DNA of 26,501 nucleotides from Patescibacteria group bacterium (GTDB lineage Bacteria; Patescibacteriota; Microgenomatia; Levybacterales; UBA12049): NCBI GenBank assembly GCA_018900295.1, contig JAHIGH010000171.1, positions 1 to 26,501 of the forward strand, read 5' to 3'. Shown piece by piece: positions 7,001 to 13,531 of this stretch (position 1 is its first letter; each line of letters starts with the position of its first letter). The notes under the pieces were generated by a model. It saw only the letters and a program-made list of their open reading frames with translations, ran no database searches and was not told where the DNA came from. The position numbers and the translations under genes were made by a program.

Positions 7001-9343
7001 ACTACCTACCCCGATGCAAAAACAGCCGTCTATACCTATGACGACCGCAATAATCTCATAAAAATGGTTGATCTTGTAGGCACAACCACTTACACCTATG
7101 ATACCTTTGACAGATTGACCAAAGTTGTCAACCCGTATAGCAGATCAATAAGTTACGCCTACGACAGCTTGGATAATCTCACCAAAATCACATATCCTGA
7201 CTCAAGGACGGCGAGCTATACCTATGACTCTGCAAATCGCCTCGCAAGCGTGACCGATTGGAACAACTCCCAAACAATTTATTACTACAACAAAAATGGA
7301 TCGCTTATGAACAAAACCCAGCCCAACGGTGTTGTTTCAAACTATAGTTACGACGGCGCCAACAGGCTTTCTAATTTGGAACACATCAAATCAGAAACAA
7401 CCCTGGCAAAATTTGCCTACGAGCGGGATGGTATCGGCAATATCACCAAAGTCTCGGAAGAAGGAAGTTTTATCACTCAAACTACACCAACGCCAACATC
7501 AACACCAACAACTATCCCCACCCCAACGCCGACATCAGCCGCAACTCCCACCCCTACCAAAACCCCAACTCCGACTCCTACAACCGGAGCGACAGCAACT
7601 CCAACCCCGACAGCAACGACAAGTACGCCGACTCCCACGCCAACTCCCGCAAGCGGGCTTCCTGACTTGATTATCACGAACGTAACACTCTCGCCGACAA
7701 ACCCAACCTCAGGAGTATCTTTTAGCGCCCAAGTTACAATTAAAAATCAGGGAACCTCGTCATCGCCGGCAAAATATGTAGGAACCGCCTACTATTATGA
7801 TCTGACAAGCACACCAACCACCTCAACAACTTATAATGGGGGATTATATTCATATTTTACTCTTGCGGCAGGACAATCTAAAACGATAACGTTATCTTCT
7901 TTAAAACTAAATGGTACCGGAAATCACAACCTACGGCTTTATGTTGATGTTTTCAATGTAATTACGGAAAGTGATGAAACGAACAATGCCTACGGGCCGA
8001 TCAATATCACCATCGCTCAATCACAATCTCCTTTACGGAATTTAGCAAAGTTCTTTGTCCTTCCCGAACTAAACAAACTCTTCACAATTCCGACAGTCAA
8101 CGCTGCTGACAATCCGATGATCACATCCTTCTCATATGACGCATTGGGAAGAATTACAGGAGCAGCTTATCCGCAGAATCAGACCTATTCATACACTTAC
8201 GACAAGGTAGACAACCGTTTGTCTCAAGTAATAAACAGCACAACCACCAATTATTCCTACAATGTTGACAACCAACTGACTCAGGAGGGCACAAATACTT
8301 ATTCCTACAATCCCAACGGAGATACAACAGGCAAGACTCTCAGCTCAGGTACTCAGAATTTCACCTATGACTTTGAGGACAGGCTCACAAGCTTTAAAGC
8401 CGCTAATGGTACAACCACATCCTACCGCTATGACGGTCTTGGCAACAGACTGCAAAAAACAGTGAGGAGTACCACAACCCGATTTGTCAATGACATCTCA
8501 GGAAATCTCACCAACGTCCTCGCTGAGACGAACAGCTCAAATACCATCAGCACGTCCTACGTCTATGGAAACGGAATGGTCAGTATGGGATCAACGAGTA
8601 CCTCAAGCAGATATTATCCCCTTGAAGACGGTCTTGGCAACGTGAGATTTATCACCAACAGTTCAGGCACAAATGTCCGCTCCTACACCTACGATCCATT
8701 CGGCAACATTTCCGGAACACAAGGCACTCTCACCGGTAACCGCTACCAATTCCAAACCCAGCAAAACGACCCAGAGTCAGGGATGTACTATTTGAGAGCA
8801 AGATATTATGATCCTGTAACGGGAAGATTTATCAGCAGGGACCCGGTAAAGGGTTATTTACAAGATCCACGAACCCAAAACGGCTACGATTACGCCCTGA
8901 ATAATCCTGTTAATTTATCCGATCCAAGCGGGGAAGATATCCTACAAAATCAAGCACAAGGCGCAAGTTTTGAAAAATCGTGTCTAAATGCTTATAATGC
9001 CATAAAGAACACAAGCCCTTTAAAAGAATACGGAAATAGAATCCCCGATATTCTAACTAAAACAACTGTTGGAGAAATAAAATCAGGATCTTATACATCA
9101 TTAACTCCTCAGATGACAAACTTCATTCAGTATGCGGCTGATACAGGAAGTAAGTTTACGCTTTATGTTAAGGAAGGAGCAAAACAATCCCTGCCACTAC
9201 TTAATGCAATTCAAGGCGTGGGAGGAAGTGTAGTTACAGCAGGGGCGGTTGGTGCAGCAACATTTATTGAAGCGCCTTTTCTCTTCATAAATCCAAATCT
9301 CATTTCGCCAAATTATAATAGTACACAAGGCACTCAATTATAA
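4091..9343 (+). CDS. RHS/YD-repeat polymorphic toxin: signal peptide, DUF1598-like domain, DUF6531, YD repeats with Pro/Thr-CARDB insertion, RHS core, Tox-REase-7-like C-terminal nuclease
   Basis: 1750 aa. Leader ending LVQA, TRFGQVMVEADYKMK, LPLAFTRSYSS, many YTYD..GNL/YD..GR YD repeats, PT linker 7481-7651, PDLIITNV...ESDETNN CARDB, core YYLRARYYDPVTGRFISRDP...NNPVNLSDPSG (DPSG 8921-8932), tip RIPDILT..GEIKSG..SLTPQM. Confidence 0.92.
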   Translation: MKIKKLIKQIAKTAFVFCLIVQLIATPIIPAFRTPITPKLVQAAGESCGGGGGSPTGANLQARVGGVALDQAATFLADMTEITGAYYDADQDRIVFVGKKNTSAPKFDKDDLAVAIKALVFNNHIPSVSMEFKDPNNPFGDTNLNVLYYGGIEDTRFGQVMVEADYKMKQYSLGYNENGQKIVSSVPGYKSHFDRFLEKNPDPNKRSRSRWWISPKLVTLKEDDTAKSFIFDQVQMQIETEGLFPDNDPAWNQAAIEFAQQQTDLYDQFAQETPSYAQTKQLAKIVGVVKWIKDNSIVNNFEWAREYQPKYINTPREIRRLTTPQVEKNGILWSITGGVTYDEPNTYTPDNGTSTSLKNSSEAVATPTEQIHWTFTKDGQTYDSVAVAANAFRTLGAYTTSSVDINFPTSGDLPLAFTRSYSSYSGGQDGIGRGWEILPARLFDNKTGWYVNCTTGSLPGNHPSKLGFQTGSGLYETFTFTSCTTGYKADKPEYHSQIFHNTDSSFTARLKNQTEYVFDSGFNLTKIKDKNGNTISYTYDSQNKLTGISDNKSHVLTVSYNSQNLVSSISDWNSRVVAYGYDVQGNLTSVTDPKGQITKYSYDNNNKLISTVNRLGQTILENTYTPEAKIASQKDADGTITTYSYDNQNKKISLTDNSGRSSNITYDDKARILQQSDPYAKNIIYTYGTEYAPLTITNKNSNKITNTYDVNGNLTSLTLPTTKKITYEYDTKNRLTRILDARYGTTSKETKFTYDTNGNLTQTNEAAILTNYTYDPYGEMLTLANNANQKTTYTRDALGNILTALDPLNNTVSYEYDTLGRLTKQTDPDGKIVTFAYDQNNNVVSRTDASGTTLYVYDSENRLQKSTLPNNNVTEFAYNTSSSLNSVKNALGSLTSYGYDTYQNLTSQQDALNRTTQHAYDQLDRQTQATTPLGNISKWEYDANGNLTKRIDANNQSTTYTYDTLNRLTKTTYPDAKTAVYTYDDRNNLIKMVDLVGTTTYTYDTFDRLTKVVNPYSRSISYAYDSLDNLTKITYPDSRTASYTYDSANRLASVTDWNNSQTIYYYNKNGSLMNKTQPNGVVSNYSYDGANRLSNLEHIKSETTLAKFAYERDGIGNITKVSEEGSFITQTTPTPTSTPTTIPTPTPTSAATPTPTKTPTPTPTTGATATPTPTATTSTPTPTPTPASGLPDLIITNVTLSPTNPTSGVSFSAQVTIKNQGTSSSPAKYVGTAYYYDLTSTPTTSTTYNGGLYSYFTLAAGQSKTITLSSLKLNGTGNHNLRLYVDVFNVITESDETNNAYGPINITIAQSQSPLRNLAKFFVLPELNKLFTIPTVNAADNPMITSFSYDALGRITGAAYPQNQTYSYTYDKVDNRLSQVINSTTTNYSYNVDNQLTQEGTNTYSYNPNGDTTGKTLSSGTQNFTYDFEDRLTSFKAANGTTTSYRYDGLGNRLQKTVRSTTTRFVNDISGNLTNVLAETNSSNTISTSYVYGNGMVSMGSTSTSSRYYPLEDGLGNVRFITNSSGTNVRSYTYDPFGNISGTQGTLTGNRYQFQTQQNDPESGMYYLRARYYDPVTGRFISRDPVKGYLQDPRTQNGYDYALNNPVNLSDPSGEDILQNQAQGASFEKSCLNAYNAIKNTSPLKEYGNRIPDILTKTTVGEIKSGSYTSLTPQMTNFIQYAADTGSKFTLYVKEGAKQSLPLLNAIQGVGGSVVTAGAVGAATFIEAPFLFINPNLISPNYNSTQGTQL
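7481..7651 (+). repeat. Coding Pro/Thr low-complexity linker (TPTP repeats) within the RHS protein
   Basis: TTPTPTSTPTTIPTPTPTSAATPTPTKTPTPTPTTGATATPTPTATTSTPTPTPTPA. Third positions vary, so it is not a perfect DNA repeat. Confidence 0.9.
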
Positions 9344-9344
9344 T

Positions 9345-10169
9345 ATGTCTGCAACACAGAATCTAACAAAAGAACAAATAAGAGTATTAAAATTAATTAG
9401 CACAAATAACCTGGATTTTCAAAATATTAGCAAGAGTTCTCCTGAAAAAATTGATAGGTGGGTAAAACAATATTATCAAGATAAACCGGTAATAGACGAC
9501 TTAAATAACCAAGGAGTTCATATTACTAAATTATATGATCTGATGTACCCCGATTTTAGTGAAGAACAATATATTAAAGCAATTCCTATACTTGTTAAAT
9601 GGCTAAATAATAATGAATTACAAAATCATGTAAAAGCTTCTATCATTCAAGCGCTGATTGAAAAACCCGTTTCTAAAAATTATGCATTTGACGCTATTAT
9701 TAATATCTTCAAATCCACAGATAAAAATTATAGAGATGAATGGGGATTTCAAACTGACATGCCAATGATGCTTGGAAATGCGTTTAGATTATGGGTTGAT
9801 GATGATCATGCAGAGATTATTTTTAATTTATTGAAAAATAAAAAATTTAGAGAAGATGATTTTTTACTTGGTTCTCTAGCTAATTTCAAAAAACCTGAGA
9901 ATATCAAAAAAGCAACAGCGTTTCTAATGAAAGAACTACAAAAACCCAATATTTATAATGCCAGATTAGGTGCAATAATATCAACATTGAAAAAATTAAA
10001 AGCCGTAGAAGCAAGAGAATTAATATATCCATTCACTAATTTTCCTAATAATTATAAAAGAACTATAGAAATTGACCCGAAAAAATATGGGTATATAACT
10101 GATACCGAAATAAGAAACGAGGCCAAAAAAACAATAGCTAAATTTGACAAGCTGATCAATTCTAAATAG
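9345..10169 (+). CDS. Putative cognate immunity protein, HEAT/ARM-like helical repeats
   Basis: Starts 1 nt after the RHS stop, AT-rich, no signal peptide. Repeated amphipathic helices (KAIPILVKWL, VKASIIQAL, FLLGSLANF, AIISTLKKLKAVEA). Confidence 0.7.
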   Translation: MSATQNLTKEQIRVLKLISTNNLDFQNISKSSPEKIDRWVKQYYQDKPVIDDLNNQGVHITKLYDLMYPDFSEEQYIKAIPILVKWLNNNELQNHVKASIIQALIEKPVSKNYAFDAIINIFKSTDKNYRDEWGFQTDMPMMLGNAFRLWVDDDHAEIIFNLLKNKKFREDDFLLGSLANFKKPENIKKATAFLMKELQKPNIYNARLGAIISTLKKLKAVEARELIYPFTNFPNNYKRTIEIDPKKYGYITDTEIRNEAKKTIAKFDKLINSK

Positions 10170-10203
10170 CACATTTATAATTAATTGAGGGTTTAGACGG
10201 GGG
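10167..10203 (+). repeat. Cassette-junction motif, copy A
   Basis: TAGCACATTTATAATTAATTGAGGGTTTAGACGGGGG. 29/37 ungapped identity with 12927-12963. Confidence 0.7.
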
Positions 10204-10962
10204 CAGGGGAATATCCGTTTCCTGACCAACTCAGGCGGAGTCAATGTCAAAAACTATAATTACGATCCATTTGGCAATATCATAAACTCAAATGGGACTG
10301 GTAATACCAATTACCGTTTTAATACACAGCAGAACGATCCAGAATCAGGTATGTATTATCTCAGGGCAAGATATTACGACCCAACAACAGGAAGATTTAT
10401 CAGCCGTGATCCGGTCAGAGGCGTACTCACATCTCCTCAAAGCCAAAATGGTTATAGCTACGCCCACAATGATCCCATCAACCTTTCAGATCCATCTGGC
10501 AAAGCTGTACCTCTGCTAGTATATCTCGCGGGGGCCTGGGCTATCGCTGAACTTGGTCTGACTGCAGCAGATGCATATGATTTTGCGAATACAATGCAAG
10601 ATCCAAATGCGAACATCTGCGATAAAGCATGGAGCGGAGCACTATTTGCAGCCGGAATAATAGGGCCGGGAGGAGGGTATGGACAAGCTGCAAAAGGAAT
10701 TAAGTATGGAGAAAAAATTATAAAACAGATGGGTACTCGTGGATGGACACAAGAGGCAATAGAGACATTAATTAAAAATCCTGCCAAAACAATAGATGTA
10801 ACAGACACAAGACATTTACCAAGCGGAACACAATTAAATGATCCAGCAACAGCTTTTATAAATAAAGACGGAAGTTATGTCATAAGAAATAATAAAACTG
10901 GCGATGTAGTACAAGTAAGTAATAGGAATGACCCAAACTGGAAAGCTCCTTGGGATAAATAA
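10201..10962 (+). CDS. Orphan RHS-core fragment plus colicin E5-like tRNase C-terminal toxin (first in-frame ATG 10351)
   Basis: The frame is open from 10189 and RHS homology (GQGNIRFLTNSGG..NYNYDPFGN) starts near 10201. DPSG at 10489-10500. Tip KIIKQMGTRGWT...NDPAT...VIRNNKTGDVVQVSNRNDPNW matches remembered colicin E5 KIRGQMPERGWT...NDPAT...VVVNDRTGEVTQISDKTDPGW. Confidence 0.85.
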   Translation, partial: GQGNIRFLTNSGGVNVKNYNYDPFGNIINSNGTGNTNYRFNTQQNDPESGMYYLRARYYDPTTGRFISRDPVRGVLTSPQSQNGYSYAHNDPINLSDPSGKAVPLLVYLAGAWAIAELGLTAADAYDFANTMQDPNANICDKAWSGALFAAGIIGPGGGYGQAAKGIKYGEKIIKQMGTRGWTQEAIETLIKNPAKTIDVTDTRHLPSGTQLNDPATAFINKDGSYVIRNNKTGDVVQVSNRNDPNWKAPWDK

Positions 10963-10968
10963 CATGTT

Positions 10969-11295
10969 ATGAATTTAAATGAAGTAATAAAAGAAAAATA
11001 CGGTTCTTATGCTTTTGAGAAGGCCGGAGAGTTACTATTCAAATGGCCTGATGTTCTTAAAATAATCAACTATTGTGAAAAGAATAATATAATTGTCGTG
11101 GGTATGAATTTTTGGATTCAAAGAGGTAAAGATATTATTGAAATTAACTCAACAAATTATGAAGATATAAATATAGGATTTGGGGCGTCTCAAAAAACAA
11201 CAAAAGCCGCAAGAGCCTTAATTAAAGACAAACTTCCAGATAATGCAAGTTATGTTTCTTTTGTTTTGGGGTATGAAACTCAACCAAGCAAATAA
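10969..11295 (+). CDS. Immunity protein, ImmE5/Imm40-like
   Basis: 6 nt after the toxin stop. VLKIINYCEKNNIIVVGMN and ARALIKDKLPDNASYVSFVL parallel remembered ImmE5 AIEVCNEAAKKGLWILGID and AIENIKDDIENGYTAFIITL. Confidence 0.7.
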   Translation: MNLNEVIKEKYGSYAFEKAGELLFKWPDVLKIINYCEKNNIIVVGMNFWIQRGKDIIEINSTNYEDINIGFGASQKTTKAARALIKDKLPDNASYVSFVLGYETQPSK

Positions 11296-11312
11296 ACATG
11301 GGTACAATAAAG

Positions 11313-11588
11313 ATGAATACATTATGTCCTGTATGTGGTTTTAATTTAGGATTTCCAGCATGGAAGGGATACTCAGCCTCTCACGAAACGTGTCTTTCTT
11401 GTGGTATTGAATTTGGTTATCACGATGTAATGGAGGCAAGTGGAATTATAGGAACAAAGGAAGAAATATACATGATGTGGAGAAAAAAATGGATCGAGAA
11501 AGGAATGCCTTGGTCTGTATCAGAAGCGTATAAGCCTACTAATTGGAATCCAAAAAAACAATTAAAAAATATTGGAATAGAAATATGA
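11313..11588 (+). CDS. Small Cys/Trp-rich (CxxC...CxxC) protein, probable orphan immunity
   Basis: CPVCGF...CLSCGIEFGYHD...WRKKWIEKGMPW...WNPKKQL. Lies in the toxin/immunity array and its stop overlaps the next ATG (ATGA 11585-11588). Alternative start at 11298. Confidence 0.65.
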   Translation: MNTLCPVCGFNLGFPAWKGYSASHETCLSCGIEFGYHDVMEASGIIGTKEEIYMMWRKKWIEKGMPWSVSEAYKPTNWNPKKQLKNIGIEI

Positions 11589-12442
11589 AGAAGATTATCG
11601 CTTGCTTTTTAGCACTAATTTTATTTTTTTCTTCACTTATCCCAGTCTTTCAAAATTCCTTTTCTCCACAAAAAGTATATGCTGAAACCTGTATTTACTA
11701 CCTTGAGGACGGGCTGGGAAATGTGAGATTTATCACATCCCGTTCAGGAACAAATGTGAGATCTTATACCTACGACCCCTTCGGCAATATTACAGGGACA
11801 CAGGGCACTCTCACCGGCAACCGCTACCAATTCCAAACCCAGCAAAACGATTCAGAGTCAGGCATGTATTATCTCAGGGCAAGATATTACGACCCAACAA
11901 CAGGAAGATTTATCAGCCGTGATCCGGTAAAAGGAACTCTAGTAAATCCTCAAACTCAGAATCCGTATGCGTATGCTGGAAATAACCCAGTAAACATTTC
12001 TGACCCGTCAGGAAAATGGTGGGGGCCATTCTCCATTGATAGTATTCACAATGACTGGAATAACTGCCAATATGGTACAGCAATTGCAAAAACAGGCGTA
12101 GTAGCCGTAGGAACAGGTTTAGCTGCCGCGGGCGTAGTCGCTGCAGGGGTTTACGTGGTAGGAGCAGTTGGAGCAACGGAAGTAGCAGTAGGCACAACAG
12201 CAATTGCGGGGAAAATAACGGGATATACAAAACATGGAATTAATCAAGCAATAGGCAGAGATGAAGGAATAGGCGTAAGCCCTAATGCGATACTTGATGC
12301 CATCAGCAATCCTGCACAGATTATAAAACAAGCGGATGGATCTATAAAATATATTGGAAATATGGCAACAGTTATATTAAATAATGCCGGAAAAGTTATT
12401 ACAACATGGGCTAATTCCGGAGAAGGAATAAGGGGCCAATAA
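11585..12442 (+). CDS. Mini-RHS: signal peptide fused directly to RHS core plus WapA-like tRNase C-terminal toxin
   Basis: MKKIIACFLALILFFSSLIPVFQNSFSPQKVYA then ETCIYYLEDGLGNVRF...DPSG (12002-12013), a hydrophobic Gly/Ala/Val stretch, and KITGYTKHGINQAIGR..GV...P.QIIKQADG..KYIG..ATVILN..GKVIT, matching remembered B. subtilis 168 WapA-CT. Start moved from 11543 to the coupled ATG 11585. Confidence 0.85.
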   Translation: MKKIIACFLALILFFSSLIPVFQNSFSPQKVYAETCIYYLEDGLGNVRFITSRSGTNVRSYTYDPFGNITGTQGTLTGNRYQFQTQQNDSESGMYYLRARYYDPTTGRFISRDPVKGTLVNPQTQNPYAYAGNNPVNISDPSGKWWGPFSIDSIHNDWNNCQYGTAIAKTGVVAVGTGLAAAGVVAAGVYVVGAVGATEVAVGTTAIAGKITGYTKHGINQAIGRDEGIGVSPNAILDAISNPAQIIKQADGSIKYIGNMATVILNNAGKVITTWANSGEGIRGQ

Positions 12443-12444
12443 AT

Positions 12445-12882
12445 ATGGCGCAGCTAATAAGCTTAGATAAAAAAAATATACTCGTGATTAGACCGACTGG
12501 GTACGAGCAAAAAGAAGAATCTTGGTTTTCGGCGGAAGTAAAGTTAATAGAGAAAGAAAAGAATCTCGAGAAAGGATCAGCAGCTTTTCATATTAATGAT
12601 TTTGTTGAATTAATAAATGGGATTAAATCTATAAAATCTAATATCCATCATTCATTTATTTTTGATCCAATCGAGCCTTATTTGAAAATGACACTCAAGG
12701 CAGAAAATAATCAATATATTGCAGATATATCATTTTGTAAAGGCCCTATCTTTGAAGAATCAAAGTACAAAAAAATGAAAATTATTATATCTGAAGAAAA
12801 ATTAAACCAATTTATAAATCAAATTACTTTTGAACTCAAGCAGATAGATGCAGCACTTAAAATAAAAAGTGTTGAATTGTAA
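12445..12882 (+). CDS. WapI-like immunity protein
   Basis: 2 nt after the toxin stop. LVIRPTGYEQ, ELINGIKSI, SFIFDPIEPYLKMTLKAENNQY and SEEKLNQF parallel remembered WapI LELTPRRYQE, VLISGIETM, SISLETIEPFFFLSIDQENGNY and NEEKLESF. Confidence 0.75.
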   Translation: MAQLISLDKKNILVIRPTGYEQKEESWFSAEVKLIEKEKNLEKGSAAFHINDFVELINGIKSIKSNIHHSFIFDPIEPYLKMTLKAENNQYIADISFCKGPIFEESKYKKMKIIISEEKLNQFINQITFELKQIDAALKIKSVEL

Positions 12883-12926
12883 ACGAATCTCGTCAGTGCA
12901 GTATATTTTTTGATATATTTAATCAG

Positions 12927-12963
12927 TAGCACATTTAAAATAAACTAAGGATTTTGAGGAGGG
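12927..12963 (+). repeat. Cassette-junction motif, copy B
   Basis: TAGCACATTTAAAATAAACTAAGGATTTTGAGGAGGG. 29/37 identity with 10167-10203, immediately upstream of the next orphan RHS fragment. Confidence 0.7.
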
Positions 12964-12969
12964 GGATAG

Positions 12970-13531
12970 GGCAACTGGAGAGCGGCCAATGGCCAGGCAA
13001 ATATCCAGATGCTCTATCAAGGGCAACAGCAAGATCCTGAGAGCAATCTCTATTATCTGCGAGCGAGATATTACGATCCTGCTACAGGAAGATTTATCTC
13101 ACGGGATCCGGTAAAGGGAACTCTAACAAATCCTCAAACCCAAAATCCATATGCTTATGCCGGGAATGATCCTATAAATAATAGCGATCCAAGCGGAGAA
13201 TTTTATCCCGAATTAGCCGTTCTAGGTGGGGGATTAACGCTCGCAGGCCTTGAAGTGGGCGGAGCAATTTATGGCGCAGCAACATCATGTGGCAATCCTA
13301 TACAGGGAGCTATAGTTGGAGATCAAAATGCCATTGAGTCTCCGGTTGGCCAAGTGGCTCTTGGAGCAGCGACATTGGGAATGATGACAATGCCCCGCAC
13401 CTGGATCATCAAATAATGTTGCACAATCAACAGGAAGAACTAACCCCATGAATTCAGCAGAGCAAAGTGCTATGGAACAGTTAATGGCTAATCCAACAGC
13501 GGGGACACAATTAGGAATAAAACTGGTTTAG
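12970..13531 (+). pseudogene. Degenerate orphan RHS-CT cassette (frameshifted and truncated toxin, no immunity gene)
   Basis: RHS core YYLRARYYDPATGRFISRDP...NDPINNSDPSG in frame 13009-13416. A second frame, 13388-13531, continues PGSSNNVAQSTGRTNPMNSAEQSAMEQLMANPTAG, like the start of a known toxin tip, and then stops. Confidence 0.7.

Noticed and set aside
10167-10203. Integron attC or Xer dif site interpretation of the junction motif
   Set aside because: No matching RYYYAAC/GTTRRRY pair or folded attC symmetry, no ATAA-N6-TTAT dyad, and no integrase in the window. Kept only as an unexplained motif.
11543-11584. Annotated start of the mini-RHS
   Set aside because: It overlaps the upstream gene by 46 nt. 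ATG 11585 gives an ATGA coupling and a clean signal peptide.
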